A stretch of 42,447 nucleotides of DNA from a virus: the IMG/VR virus record IMGVR_UViG_3300045988_116402, one strand, 5' to 3'. How positions within the stretch are numbered: position 1 is the stretch's first letter; each line of letters begins with the position of its first letter. Below the pieces are notes generated by a model. That model was not told where the DNA came from and did not search any database. It saw nothing but the letters and a program-made list of their open reading frames with translations. The position numbers were made by a program, and so were the translations under genes. Below, one piece after another: positions 9,034-18,110 of the stretch.

Positions 9034-9057
9034 AAAAAAGGGCGGATTGCTCCGCCC
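9034..9057 (-). terminator. Intrinsic terminator (minus strand) between the 133-aa gene and the fibre gene
   Basis: GGGCGGA-ttgc-TCCGCCC hairpin (9040-9057), followed on the minus strand by TTTTTT (9039-9034). Confidence 0.7.
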
Positions 9058-9066
9058 TAAATCATC

Positions 9067-9468
9067 TTACTTAAGCATTGAATATATCTCATGTAAAAGA
9101 GTATAAGCAAAATAATCGCTTCTCTGATTTGGGTGGTCTACCTTTGAACCGTCTTTGTTCGCAGAAATATAGAACTTATCGCCCTTGTTAGATACTAATA
9201 CATAGTTCTCACCGATACCCCAAATATCATAAGCCTTGCCGCCGATACAAGGCTTGCCAATCTTTGATGTAACCTCGTCTGTTACAACAAACTTGCCGTA
9301 TACGCTACCTGCAATATCGGGATATTCCGATACCTTAAGCATACCCGACTTTGAGAGATAGCAGAATACAACTCCGTCATCAGGGATAGCTGCCTTTTTG
9401 CCGTCTTTATAAATAAAATCGTGATGTCCGTCTGCCTGTGTTGTTTTCATTTTAATAAGTTTTTTCAT
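9067..9468 (-). CDS. Hypothetical protein, terminator-insulated gene inside the tail module
   Basis: 133-aa ORF with an AGGAGGAAA RBS, flanked by hairpin plus T-run terminators on both sides. Confidence 0.6.
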   Translation of the reverse strand: MKKLIKMKTTQADGHHDFIYKDGKKAAIPDDGVVFCYLSKSGMLKVSEYPDIAGSVYGKFVVTDEVTSKIGKPCIGGKAYDIWGIGENYVLVSNKGDKFYISANKDGSKVDHPNQRSDYFAYTLLHEIYSMLK

Positions 9469-9485
9469 ATAAATTTCCTCCTAAT

Positions 9486-9504
9486 AAAAAAGAGCTTCTG
9501 CTCT
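9486..9504 (-). terminator. Intrinsic terminator (minus strand) downstream of 9521..10072
   Basis: AGAGC-ttct-GCTCT hairpin followed on the minus strand by TTTTTT. The stem is short, so probably only a partial terminator. Confidence 0.45.
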
Positions 9505-9520
9505 GTGGTATTGTTTTAAT

Positions 9521-10072
9521 TTAATATGTTTCGATAACTTGATATTCTACATGTGCTATATAATTTGTGGTAGCAGTTTCAACACGTAATTCTGTAGTTG
9601 ATGCTATAGTTGCCCAAGGATTGTGATAATCTCCACTACCTCTATAAATATAACCACTTACTAATACAAACATTTTATCAAGATTCGTAAAGCCTACTAA
9701 TGATACGGTTTTAACTCCGGTTTTATCATTATCTTCAACCGTTCCTCGCTGTATGTGTCTTATTACTCCGGTCTGTGCAGACATTAAATTTAGTATCTGA
9801 TTGAGCATTTCAAGAACAGTAGGGTCCGAAGCAGCTGACGAACCTAATATGTTATGAATAATAGATAGTCCATCTATACAGTCACCAGTTCTTGATACTA
9901 CTGTCGTTAGCTGCTCTATCAGCTTGTTTAGCTTCGCAAATACTGTACCCTCTGTTGCTGAGCCGCCAGTTTCGTTTGATTGATCACCTATTCTGTTAGC
10001 CGTATTATAACCTATGGCTCTAATCTCCTGCGAAGTTGCCTCCAAAGCTATGTATTTCTTTTCACCTGCCAT
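9521..10072 (-). CDS. Tail-associated structural protein (unknown family)
   Basis: 183-aa ORF translationally coupled to the upstream fibre-repeat protein (shared base 10072). Confidence 0.4.
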   Translation of the reverse strand: MAGEKKYIALEATSQEIRAIGYNTANRIGDQSNETGGSATEGTVFAKLNKLIEQLTTVVSRTGDCIDGLSIIHNILGSSAASDPTVLEMLNQILNLMSAQTGVIRHIQRGTVEDNDKTGVKTVSLVGFTNLDKMFVLVSGYIYRGSGDYHNPWATIASTTELRVETATTNYIAHVEYQVIETY

Positions 10073-10920
10073 TATGAAATTACCTCCTTATAATAAAGCC
10101 CACCATTATCAACGCCTAAAATGAATACCTTGCTTGTAGTGTCATCAATGAACTTAATATCGTTGCCATGTAAATTAACGTCATTTTCAAGTGTATAACC
10201 ATTAATTCTTCTCGATGATGGAACACCACCACTTATAACATTGTCGTCAACATATTTCTTTGTTGCAGGGTTATAGGGATTTGTTGGGGTATATGGGATT
10301 GTATTTGTTTTAGACAATACATCAGATGCACTAACAACATCGTCAAGCTTTGCTTTATCTTCATTTGTGTAATCATTAGTTGATAATTGTTTGCCATTAG
10401 ATAAATCTGTCGCCAAATTTGTAACTACACGTTTATCTTCATCTGCATAATCATTTGTTGTAAGCGTTTTACCCATATTAAGCTCATCTTTGATAAGTGT
10501 TACAGTACTTTTTTCGACTGTGGTGTAATTGTTATCAGTCAGTACTTTTCCGGCTCTTAATGCTGTTTTTAAATCTTCAACGGCTTCTTTATCAGCTGAT
10601 ATATAATCAAAAGTTGATAACTGTTTACCCTGTACCTTGTCCACCTTAGTGTTTAAATCATTAGGTAAATTATCAAGCTGTGCTTTATACGCATTATTAA
10701 AGTCATTCTCTGACAGTCCCTTACCTGTTTCTTTCAGCTGGAATGTTTTATTAACTGCGTCCTGTGCTTCTGCTATCTCGTTTACCTTAGGAATTACCAC
10801 ATCAAGCGAAAGTTCGTCAAACGCTCGCTGTGCATCACTGACAGATAGACCTAATGGGTTTGGTTTAACACGAATACCTTTATTGGCATAATCTGTCGGC
10901 TGTATTTTAGGCAATGCCAT
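10072..10920 (-). CDS. Tail fibre protein with five ~20-aa G-K-x-L-S/T-x-N-D-Y/F repeats
   Basis: Repeats GKGLSENDFNNAYKAQLDNL, GKQLSTFDYISADKEAVEDL, GKVLTDNNYTTVEKSTVTLI, GKTLTTNDYADEDKRVVTNL and GKQLSTNDYTNEDKAKLDDV, a repeat type common in phage tail fibres. Confidence 0.6.
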   Translation of the reverse strand: MALPKIQPTDYANKGIRVKPNPLGLSVSDAQRAFDELSLDVVIPKVNEIAEAQDAVNKTFQLKETGKGLSENDFNNAYKAQLDNLPNDLNTKVDKVQGKQLSTFDYISADKEAVEDLKTALRAGKVLTDNNYTTVEKSTVTLIKDELNMGKTLTTNDYADEDKRVVTNLATDLSNGKQLSTNDYTNEDKAKLDDVVSASDVLSKTNTIPYTPTNPYNPATKKYVDDNVISGGVPSSRRINGYTLENDVNLHGNDIKFIDDTTSKVFILGVDNGGLYYKEVIS

Positions 10921-10926
10921 TATTTA

Positions 10927-12849
10927 TCACCCCTTATAATTTCCGTTTTCCGTAAACTCTGTGCCGATTGCATATAAACCAAACGGCTCGTTAAGTTCTT
11001 CGTTTCTGAATGAAAAACGCACTTTGTCTATCTTCTTAATTCGTATTTTTGTGCCTATTGTTCTCGGTGTGGCATCGGATGAGAAGTTTATCTTACCGAA
11101 ATCAACATATGAGAAGTCAAAGTATCTTGCTTTAGCTCCACTGTTGAATAATCTCTTCCACATGCCTTTTACCTCTGCCCACGCTTCATAGCTTGTATTG
11201 ATAGCCGGTGCTATCTGTGCCGATAGGTAACGGAAGTTTTTCTTTTTATAGAATATCTTTCCGTCAATAGCGTTTGTGTCCCAACGTGCTTTTATAGCTT
11301 TTCCGTTATCGTTATAAGCCGTTTGCTTTGTTTTATCCGTATAAAACTTCATTATTTTTCCGTCATATGTACCAAAGCATAATGCCTCATCTTCTACAAA
11401 CAAATAACTTATATTGGGTATATCCCAGTAATAACACTCGTACTGAAACGAAGAAAGCGGACTGTTTTTTTCATAGACCTTTTGCAAGCCGTCTAACAGA
11501 TATACTCGGAGTGGTGTAGCAAGTACATAAAAATCCTTGTAAACAACCGCACATGAATGTTCAAGGTCTTCATCGGCTAATGCACCATTGATATAAAAAG
11601 AACGGTTCTGTGTGTATTTCTCGCCTGTTATATCCTGTGCTGTTATAGCGTATATCCCCTGTCCGGTTGCGAATAAGCTTTCATTAAGATATGCGAAATT
11701 ATCTTTTCCGACAGCTCCTACACCCTGAATAACATTAACAATACGGAATGACGGTCTTATAACTCCATTAAGCGTTGTATACTCACCGTATCGCATAATA
11801 ACGTTACGTCCGTCTTCGCCTACTGATTTATGCGTTGCAAGGTAGTTACCAACAAGGGAATACCCAACTATCTCATTGGTATCAAGCCCGATTGTTGAAT
11901 AGCTCAAGTCGCCGAAGAATGTAAAATCTTCAAAAGATGCCATTTCCGGTCTATCGTCACTGTCATATGATATAGTGCTTTTATATCCGCTGAACCAATC
12001 TCTATTCGGGTAATCCGGATTACCGCCGACAAACAAACGGTCTGTTGCACCGTTTACACCATATACAATAGATATTGTGCATTTGTTAATCATATCGGCA
12101 TAACCGGCAATAACCTTTGAAGCCGTTATTCTGATGTTATCTCTACTCTTTACTGTCGGTGCTTCCGGTGCTGTTCTGAATGTTACTGTGCCAAGCTCTA
12201 AATTAGTTGTATATTTAGATGCCGCAACAGTTACCCAGTCACCATCACTGTTCATTTGCTCTACAAGGTCAACCGACTGTATGCTATCCGATGATAACTG
12301 ATATATCTTTGTTGTTCCGTCAGCAATGAACATATTGATAAACTTAGGCTGTATTAAGTTATATTCCTGATACTGTTGTCCTTCGCCGTTTGGTGTTCGT
12401 GCGATAGACACAATAGGCACTGTTGCTATCTCGCTTACCTTCTTAGCTGTATAGTTTGTTTCGCTGTTAAATTTACCGACTACAAGATATGTTTTACCAT
12501 CAAGTATATATAACCTACCGCCTATCTCCCATGCTTTTGAACGGTTAAAACCGACATCTTGCATATCTGAATACAATACAGTAGTACCCATATAAAGTTT
12601 TGATCCGGCATGAACTATACGGTCTCCGTTTAAATGAAAAACGCCGTGTATAAAATCATCATACTCGGTATCCAAGTAATAGCCCATTCGCTTTCTTACC
12701 TTGCCGGGAACATCTCTTATCATATTAGGTGCTTCAGGTGAACGGCTAATATCAACATTAGAGGCGGCATTTGTAAGGTCTACACCCTTAAAGCTTTCTA
12801 TTTTTGTTACAGTTCTTGCAACCTGCGATGGCACACTTAACTGTCGCAT
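10927..12849 (-). CDS. Large tail/nozzle-type structural protein (unknown family)
   Basis: 640-aa ORF between the head-completion-sized gene and the fibre genes. Beta-rich composition; assignment is by position only. Confidence 0.4.
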   Translation of the reverse strand: MRQLSVPSQVARTVTKIESFKGVDLTNAASNVDISRSPEAPNMIRDVPGKVRKRMGYYLDTEYDDFIHGVFHLNGDRIVHAGSKLYMGTTVLYSDMQDVGFNRSKAWEIGGRLYILDGKTYLVVGKFNSETNYTAKKVSEIATVPIVSIARTPNGEGQQYQEYNLIQPKFINMFIADGTTKIYQLSSDSIQSVDLVEQMNSDGDWVTVAASKYTTNLELGTVTFRTAPEAPTVKSRDNIRITASKVIAGYADMINKCTISIVYGVNGATDRLFVGGNPDYPNRDWFSGYKSTISYDSDDRPEMASFEDFTFFGDLSYSTIGLDTNEIVGYSLVGNYLATHKSVGEDGRNVIMRYGEYTTLNGVIRPSFRIVNVIQGVGAVGKDNFAYLNESLFATGQGIYAITAQDITGEKYTQNRSFYINGALADEDLEHSCAVVYKDFYVLATPLRVYLLDGLQKVYEKNSPLSSFQYECYYWDIPNISYLFVEDEALCFGTYDGKIMKFYTDKTKQTAYNDNGKAIKARWDTNAIDGKIFYKKKNFRYLSAQIAPAINTSYEAWAEVKGMWKRLFNSGAKARYFDFSYVDFGKINFSSDATPRTIGTKIRIKKIDKVRFSFRNEELNEPFGLYAIGTEFTENGNYKG

Positions 12850-13467
12850 TTAATACCACCCCTTTGTGTTGATAAACTCGTCATAGCCTGTCCCTTTAAG
12901 CCTGTTTGCTGTTGCTTTTGCATCTTCAAGCAGTGCCACGAACTCATTCCAGTAAACAGTCGAAGTAGATATATCATCATCTTTATATAACTGAGAAGCC
13001 ATAAACCATGGCAATAAAATAGCCACCTCCGGGTATAAAGGTAGCTCATAATTATCTTTTGTATTTTCTGTTATCTCATCGGGATAGGCATTATAATACA
13101 CTGTCCATTTTCCTTTGATAGCACCGTCTATAAGCAAAACGTTATTGTGTTCGACATTATAATTTCCCGCTTTGCCGTAGTTTCCGTATTCGTCTTCAAA
13201 ATATACTTCTATATTTTCAAATGAATAAAAATCATACGCAAGCTCTTTAAAGTCATAACGCTGTATTCCTGTTTTTGTCCCGTCCTGCTCAAGCTGGTAC
13301 GACATATCAATATGCCGTACCGCTGTCGCAATATAGTTTAAACAAGCATTAGCCGCACCCGGCATAGCTGCTATATACGGTGCTGTATTATCATCAACGA
13401 CAATGCTTGATGTATCGTTGGAAAACATCTTTTGCAATGTGATTAGTTTTACGTCATACCAACGCAT
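12850..13467 (-). CDS. Head-tail adaptor/connector candidate
   Basis: 205-aa ORF directly downstream of the major capsid gene, abutting the next gene. Assignment is by position only. Confidence 0.35.
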   Translation of the reverse strand: MRWYDVKLITLQKMFSNDTSSIVVDDNTAPYIAAMPGAANACLNYIATAVRHIDMSYQLEQDGTKTGIQRYDFKELAYDFYSFENIEVYFEDEYGNYGKAGNYNVEHNNVLLIDGAIKGKWTVYYNAYPDEITENTKDNYELPLYPEVAILLPWFMASQLYKDDDISTSTVYWNEFVALLEDAKATANRLKGTGYDEFINTKGWY

Positions 13468-13479
13468 ACTACCACCGCC

Positions 13480-14487
13480 TTATGCTAATGCTGTACCTGT
13501 AAGACCTTCGCCGCAAATAGCAATACCTCTCCAGTTGTTGAAACCTGCACCGAATCTTGCTCTGCCTTTCCATACGTTAGCATCTGTATTAGGGTCAATA
13601 TCTGATTTAACAGTAAGTCCAAGTCTGTCTACCCAAGGTAAAGCCATATAGTCCTGATTAAACTTACTGTCAAGCATAATGAAATAAGGTTTATCACTTG
13701 TGCCAAGTCCTTTAGGGAGATAAGGCCATACAAGCACATTCCAAAGTCCTACCTGAAAGTTAATCGCATTGTTAGATGATGTTGCGTCAAGCTCTGAACC
13801 GATAGCCGCAAATACAGCTCTCTTTAATGCACCGTTATTAGGGATAATGATTGTATCAGGTGCAACATTAAGAAGATTGCCGTCATCGTCTGTAAACATC
13901 TGCATTTTCTCCTGCATAGTGTCCATAACAGACTGTGAGAATGCACCGGTAAAGATGTTACTCTGTGCTTTTGTACCCTTAGTAATTGAAGGGTGCGACT
14001 GTGAGAAAAGTGCTACACCGTCAGCTGTTGTTGTGTCGTATTTCTTGCCTGAAATAGTTGTTGTTGTACCGATACCACCGGCAAGCATTGAAGCTGCGAA
14101 CTTTTCTCTCGTTCTGTTAAACGATGTTGCGAAGATGTTAGCCTTTGACTTAATCTTGCCATACTTAGCATCTTCAAGCATTTCCGCAGTTACTTCGAAT
14201 TTGTTCTTCCATGTAGTAGGTGTAATGGTCTTTTCATAACCTTCCTGCATTGATGTAACAGGATATGCACCGTTTTCTCCTACATCTTTAAAGTCTCCGA
14301 GTGATGTTTCCTGTGAATACTTCTCGGCAAAATTAGATGACTTGTCCATATAAAAAATCTTATCAATCATGGACATTTCCTTGAATGCTTCTACGTTTTC
14401 TTCGATAACTGCTTTGATGGGATCCTGTGAACGACCAAAAACGCTATCGTTTACACCGGAACCTTCCGAAAAAATAATTCCTGCCAT
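13480..14487 (-). CDS. Major capsid protein
   Basis: 335-aa ORF following the scaffold and decoration-like genes, with a strong RBS. Size and position are typical of an HK97-fold MCP. Confidence 0.65.
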   Translation of the reverse strand: MAGIIFSEGSGVNDSVFGRSQDPIKAVIEENVEAFKEMSMIDKIFYMDKSSNFAEKYSQETSLGDFKDVGENGAYPVTSMQEGYEKTITPTTWKNKFEVTAEMLEDAKYGKIKSKANIFATSFNRTREKFAASMLAGGIGTTTTISGKKYDTTTADGVALFSQSHPSITKGTKAQSNIFTGAFSQSVMDTMQEKMQMFTDDDGNLLNVAPDTIIIPNNGALKRAVFAAIGSELDATSSNNAINFQVGLWNVLVWPYLPKGLGTSDKPYFIMLDSKFNQDYMALPWVDRLGLTVKSDIDPNTDANVWKGRARFGAGFNNWRGIAICGEGLTGTALA

Positions 14488-14501
14488 TGTTTATCTCCTC
14501 C

Positions 14502-14903
14502 TTACGCTGCCACTGTTGCCGGTTTTGTGAAGTGTCCGACAACCGTTGAATTAGTTGTTGCTCCGTCTGTTTCATCAATTACAAATGGGCCGCCTACCGT
14601 TGCTGTGACTGTAAGTCCGTCTGTATGTAATTTAACTGCTGTGCCTACTGCTGTTGCCGCTACTGTTGCAGTTGATGTTGTTTCAAAATACATATAAGGC
14701 TGTACAGCAATAACAGGGAATAATCCTCTGTCATTCTTTACACCCATACAAATATGAGTTACTTCATCTGCCGCACCTGCTTTTGTAAGCTTTCCGCTTG
14801 ATACTTTTAATGCTTCGCCGAGTGCTATTGTTTCGCCTGCTGTACCTTCCATGTATTCGACAGGTGCAACATCGGCTACGCCTCTTTTTGCTATTTTAAA
14901 CAT
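14502..14903 (-). CDS. Head decoration / accessory capsid protein candidate (DUF2190-like)
   Basis: 133 aa, Ala/Thr/Gly/Val-rich beta protein between scaffold and MCP. Confidence 0.4.
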   Translation of the reverse strand: MFKIAKRGVADVAPVEYMEGTAGETIALGEALKVSSGKLTKAGAADEVTHICMGVKNDRGLFPVIAVQPYMYFETTSTATVAATAVGTAVKLHTDGLTVTATVGGPFVIDETDGATTNSTVVGHFTKPATVAA

Positions 14904-15811
14904 TAGTTCTTACCTCCATTTCTCTTTTTATAGTCATCTGCTATCATCTTGTCTGTCCAGTCAGGAAAGAAATTGCGATACTCTTTTGCAATATCGTCCG
15001 GAACTATTACATCTCCGCTTGTACCGCCTGAAACACTCTTTAAATGGCCTTTGCCGTTCGCCTGATTAATTGTAGCTTGTCGTACTCCTGCCATCTGTGC
15101 CTGTGCTATACTTTCTCTGTTCGTAAGATAGTAAGCATCGGCAACAGAAAGTCCCATTCGCATATAATCAGCCATTTTTCCGTTTATTTCGTCTGCTTTT
15201 TTAAATTTGCAATTTGAATATTCTTTATTAAGCGCATCAAGGTCTTTTTGTACTCGTTCCTTACCGCGTTCACTCCTTGCTCGTTGTTCTTCCTGCTGTA
15301 TTCTTAACGCTGCTTCTCTTGCCGCCCTAATATAAGGATTATCACGCAAGCTGTTAACAATCTGTTCTTTGATGTATTTATCAAACTGTGCCCTTGAAGC
15401 TGTACCGTTTTGTATTGCCTCATATATATCATTGTAGGCATTATACTGCTGCTGTCGTTCATGTCTCTGCTGTTCTTCGGCAAACTGGCGTTTATATTCA
15501 AAAAAATCCTGTGGCGACTGAATAACTCTGCCGTTATATGGATTAATGCGATTTACAGCCTGTTGATACTCCTGTTCAAGACGTTCTCTATATGCCTGCT
15601 GTACAGCTGTTGGCTGTACACCCTGCGGCTGTGCAGGTTCGTCATTACTCTGTGTGGTATCATTATCGCCATCATCGGTATCGGTTTCTTCAACTTCCGG
15701 CTCATCCACATTATCAATGACTTCTTCGGTATTTCCTTCCTCGACAGTCTGTACATCTTCTGATTCATCATCAACGGTTCCGCCCAATCCCATAAATTCT
15801 TCTTCAGTCAT
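14903..15811 (-). CDS. Scaffolding protein
   Basis: 302 aa with a highly acidic N-terminus (DDESEDVQTVEEGNTEEVIDNVDEPEVEETDTDDGDND) followed by Q/E/R-rich helices. Lies between portal and capsid. Confidence 0.55.
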   Translation of the reverse strand: MTEEEFMGLGGTVDDESEDVQTVEEGNTEEVIDNVDEPEVEETDTDDGDNDTTQSNDEPAQPQGVQPTAVQQAYRERLEQEYQQAVNRINPYNGRVIQSPQDFFEYKRQFAEEQQRHERQQQYNAYNDIYEAIQNGTASRAQFDKYIKEQIVNSLRDNPYIRAAREAALRIQQEEQRARSERGKERVQKDLDALNKEYSNCKFKKADEINGKMADYMRMGLSVADAYYLTNRESIAQAQMAGVRQATINQANGKGHLKSVSGGTSGDVIVPDDIAKEYRNFFPDWTDKMIADDYKKRNGGKN

Positions 15812-15813
15812 TA

Positions 15814-15951
15814 TTATTTATCCCCCTTTGCTCTAAGGTCGCCGCCTTTCTTTACAGTTGGCTTTTTGCTTGTGCTTTTAACGTCTGCCGAAACATACAT
15901 AGCACTCTTATTTGTTACCTTGCCTTTGAGTGTATTTTCACCTTTACCCAT
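15814..15951 (-). CDS. Small lysine-rich protein (45 aa)
   Basis: Manual translation MGKGENTLKGKVTNKSAMYVSADVKSTSKKPTVKKGGDLRAKGDK with an AAGGAGGTG RBS. Below the track size cut-off. Confidence 0.4.
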   Translation of the reverse strand: MGKGENTLKGKVTNKSAMYVSADVKSTSKKPTVKKGGDLRAKGDK

Positions 15952-16104
15952 ATTCTCACCTCCTTTGCATAAAAATAAGGCATGTTTTACATCTTGCCTT
16001 AAAGATGAGATATGTATGGAGCACCGCCTTTCTACGCCATATCGGCGTCGGACTGTATGCTAACATCTCTTTCTATATTTTTGTTGTATTCGGGACACTG
16101 TTCA

Positions 16105-18096
16105 TTACGGCATCTGTATATCATTTTGTACAGGCTGTCCGTTATTAACTGCCCCTTGTATACCTGCATTTCCATATTGCATTGACTGCATTTCATTAGG
16201 CATTCCCCCCATTTGCTGTTGTGCTTGTATCTGCTGTTCCTGTTGCTCCTTCATCTCTTGTAGCTGCTTTTTGATGTTTCCGGCATTGGGATAGTGGTAT
16301 TTTTCGAGTGTTGACCAGTAGAGAATGCGTGTATTAATATCTGCCGCATCTCCAAAAGCACCGCTTTGATATGCCTCTTTCGTTGTATTCCAAAGCGATT
16401 CCCTATTCTGTGCAAGGTTATTGCTTGTATCAACTGAAAACAGAAAATCATCATTCCAATACAGTTCACCTGCTGCATCTCTTTCGAGAAACGCATAACG
16501 GTCAAATATTCCATACTCAATATCACCTATTGAGTTCTGATAATTAGTTGCTCTCGGCTCATCGGCATATGCAAGCATAAATTTAAACATTAGCTGGAAT
16601 ATATCCTGATATGCTGCTTGCTTCATTACTCGCTTGCTTTCTAATCGTCCGGCTGTTTGTGCCGCCGCAAACTGTTTAGCTGTTCCGGATTCTGCCGTCT
16701 TATCATTCCTGCCCTGAAAGCTATCCGTAATACCGATTGTTTCTCTTGCCGCCTGATATGCAATGTCCATAAATGTTAGGTCATTAGACACATTCGGCTG
16801 CATATTAAGAACGTCTATCATGCTCTTCTGTGCGGCATCTTCAAGCTCTATCACCTTAAGCTCTTCATCCGTTTTTCGCACATTGACTTCTCTCGGCAGT
16901 GTGACATATGAACCGCCTTTAAACAATTTCTCCTGTATCTTATCGCCCATCTTTTTAATGACTTCTTGCTGGTCACGAATACTGTCAACATCCGATGAAC
17001 CTAATAGCGTACCGTTCTTAGAGATATTACGTCTTAATATGATTGGGTACTGCTTAAGCTTATACGCCGGTACTTCGTTAGGTCTTTCAGGCTCTATCAA
17101 TACATTATCCATCATAGTCTCGCCATAATCACCTATTAACAGTTGTCCGTTATCGCCATACATCGGCATATCTTGATATACCGGCTCTTTCATCTGCGGA
17201 ATTGTCTCTAATGCACCATCAGCCGTTAATATATCTATACTCCTATCAAGAGGAGTGCTATCCTGTGTTCGGTGCTCAAATGACTTACTATGACAGTGTG
17301 GACACTCTGCAACTTCTTCTGGAACTGTCGAGCCGCATTTTTTACAATACTTTAGGCGGCGTGCAAAGTAGTCTTCTAAGGCTTGTACCTCTGTATCTCC
17401 TACCCAACGATATACACCGATATTGCCGTTTTTATTTTTGTAGTATGCTGTAATCAACGTAACTAAGTCACTTGAGTTACTATCTGTCATACCGCCGTTG
17501 CTTCGGACTTCCGGGAACTCTTCTTCTTCCGTATATACATCAACATTATATACTCGCTTGATTTCTTTTTTTGTTGTACCTGTCAGGATAAAAATATAAT
17601 CCATATCCTGTATTTCGTTTACTCCGGCTTGTGGTATTACCTGTCTTGGATGTAATAGCGTAACCTTAATACCGCCTATCGTCCGATGCGAATTACGCTC
17701 ATTATCCCATTCGACAAGAAAGAAATCACCGCCCTGAATCGGTGTTGTTCTCTCGTCCATGTCGTTTATTACCTCGAACGGTAAATAATCAAGCTCATTT
17801 CTTAAAAACGCTTCTATTGTTGCCGCTCGTTCTTCATCTTCCTGTCGTTTTGCTGTTACCTTAGGGAGCGGAATAGAGCTGTCAACCTCCGCTTCTATGA
17901 TTTCTCCGACTGCATTACGGACATAATTACTCTTTTTTGCTGCTTTGCCGTTAATGCCTGCTACCTGCCGAGTACCGTTATATAATGCGTCTCTTTCGTC
18001 CATTAACTGCAACTCTTTCAGGTATTCACTCCTGTTTTTTTGTAGCCTGTCTTGCCATTTCTGCAAGTCATTTGTGTTATTATTTTCTTCCGGCAC
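16105..18096 (-). CDS. Portal protein (with inserted CxxC...CxxC zinc-ribbon and Q-rich C-terminal tail)
   Basis: 663-aa ORF immediately downstream of terL. Contains CKKCGSTVPEEVAECPHC. Confidence 0.7.
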   Translation of the reverse strand: MPEENNNTNDLQKWQDRLQKNRSEYLKELQLMDERDALYNGTRQVAGINGKAAKKSNYVRNAVGEIIEAEVDSSIPLPKVTAKRQEDEERAATIEAFLRNELDYLPFEVINDMDERTTPIQGGDFFLVEWDNERNSHRTIGGIKVTLLHPRQVIPQAGVNEIQDMDYIFILTGTTKKEIKRVYNVDVYTEEEEFPEVRSNGGMTDSNSSDLVTLITAYYKNKNGNIGVYRWVGDTEVQALEDYFARRLKYCKKCGSTVPEEVAECPHCHSKSFEHRTQDSTPLDRSIDILTADGALETIPQMKEPVYQDMPMYGDNGQLLIGDYGETMMDNVLIEPERPNEVPAYKLKQYPIILRRNISKNGTLLGSSDVDSIRDQQEVIKKMGDKIQEKLFKGGSYVTLPREVNVRKTDEELKVIELEDAAQKSMIDVLNMQPNVSNDLTFMDIAYQAARETIGITDSFQGRNDKTAESGTAKQFAAAQTAGRLESKRVMKQAAYQDIFQLMFKFMLAYADEPRATNYQNSIGDIEYGIFDRYAFLERDAAGELYWNDDFLFSVDTSNNLAQNRESLWNTTKEAYQSGAFGDAADINTRILYWSTLEKYHYPNAGNIKKQLQEMKEQQEQQIQAQQQMGGMPNEMQSMQYGNAGIQGAVNNGQPVQNDIQMP

Positions 18097-18110
18097 TTAA
18101 TCGCCTCCCA

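Noticed and set aside
12837-13049. 70-aa ORF overlapping the junction of 10927..12849 and 12850..13467
   Set aside because: It is nested out of frame in two tightly abutting structural genes and has no RBS. The same reasoning applies to other nested ORFs, for example 4079..4423, 15304..15501, 15553..15774, 16251..16526, 18995..19189, 19334..19516, 21476..21739, 21721..22051, 23117..23380, 24929..25147 and 36733..36936.
15955-16010. Hairpin AAGGCA-12 nt-TGCCTT after the portal gene as a terminator
   Set aside because: The stem is only 6 bp with a large loop and a weak, interrupted T-run. It sits inside an operon that must continue to the scaffold and capsid genes. At most it is an attenuator, and the evidence is insufficient.
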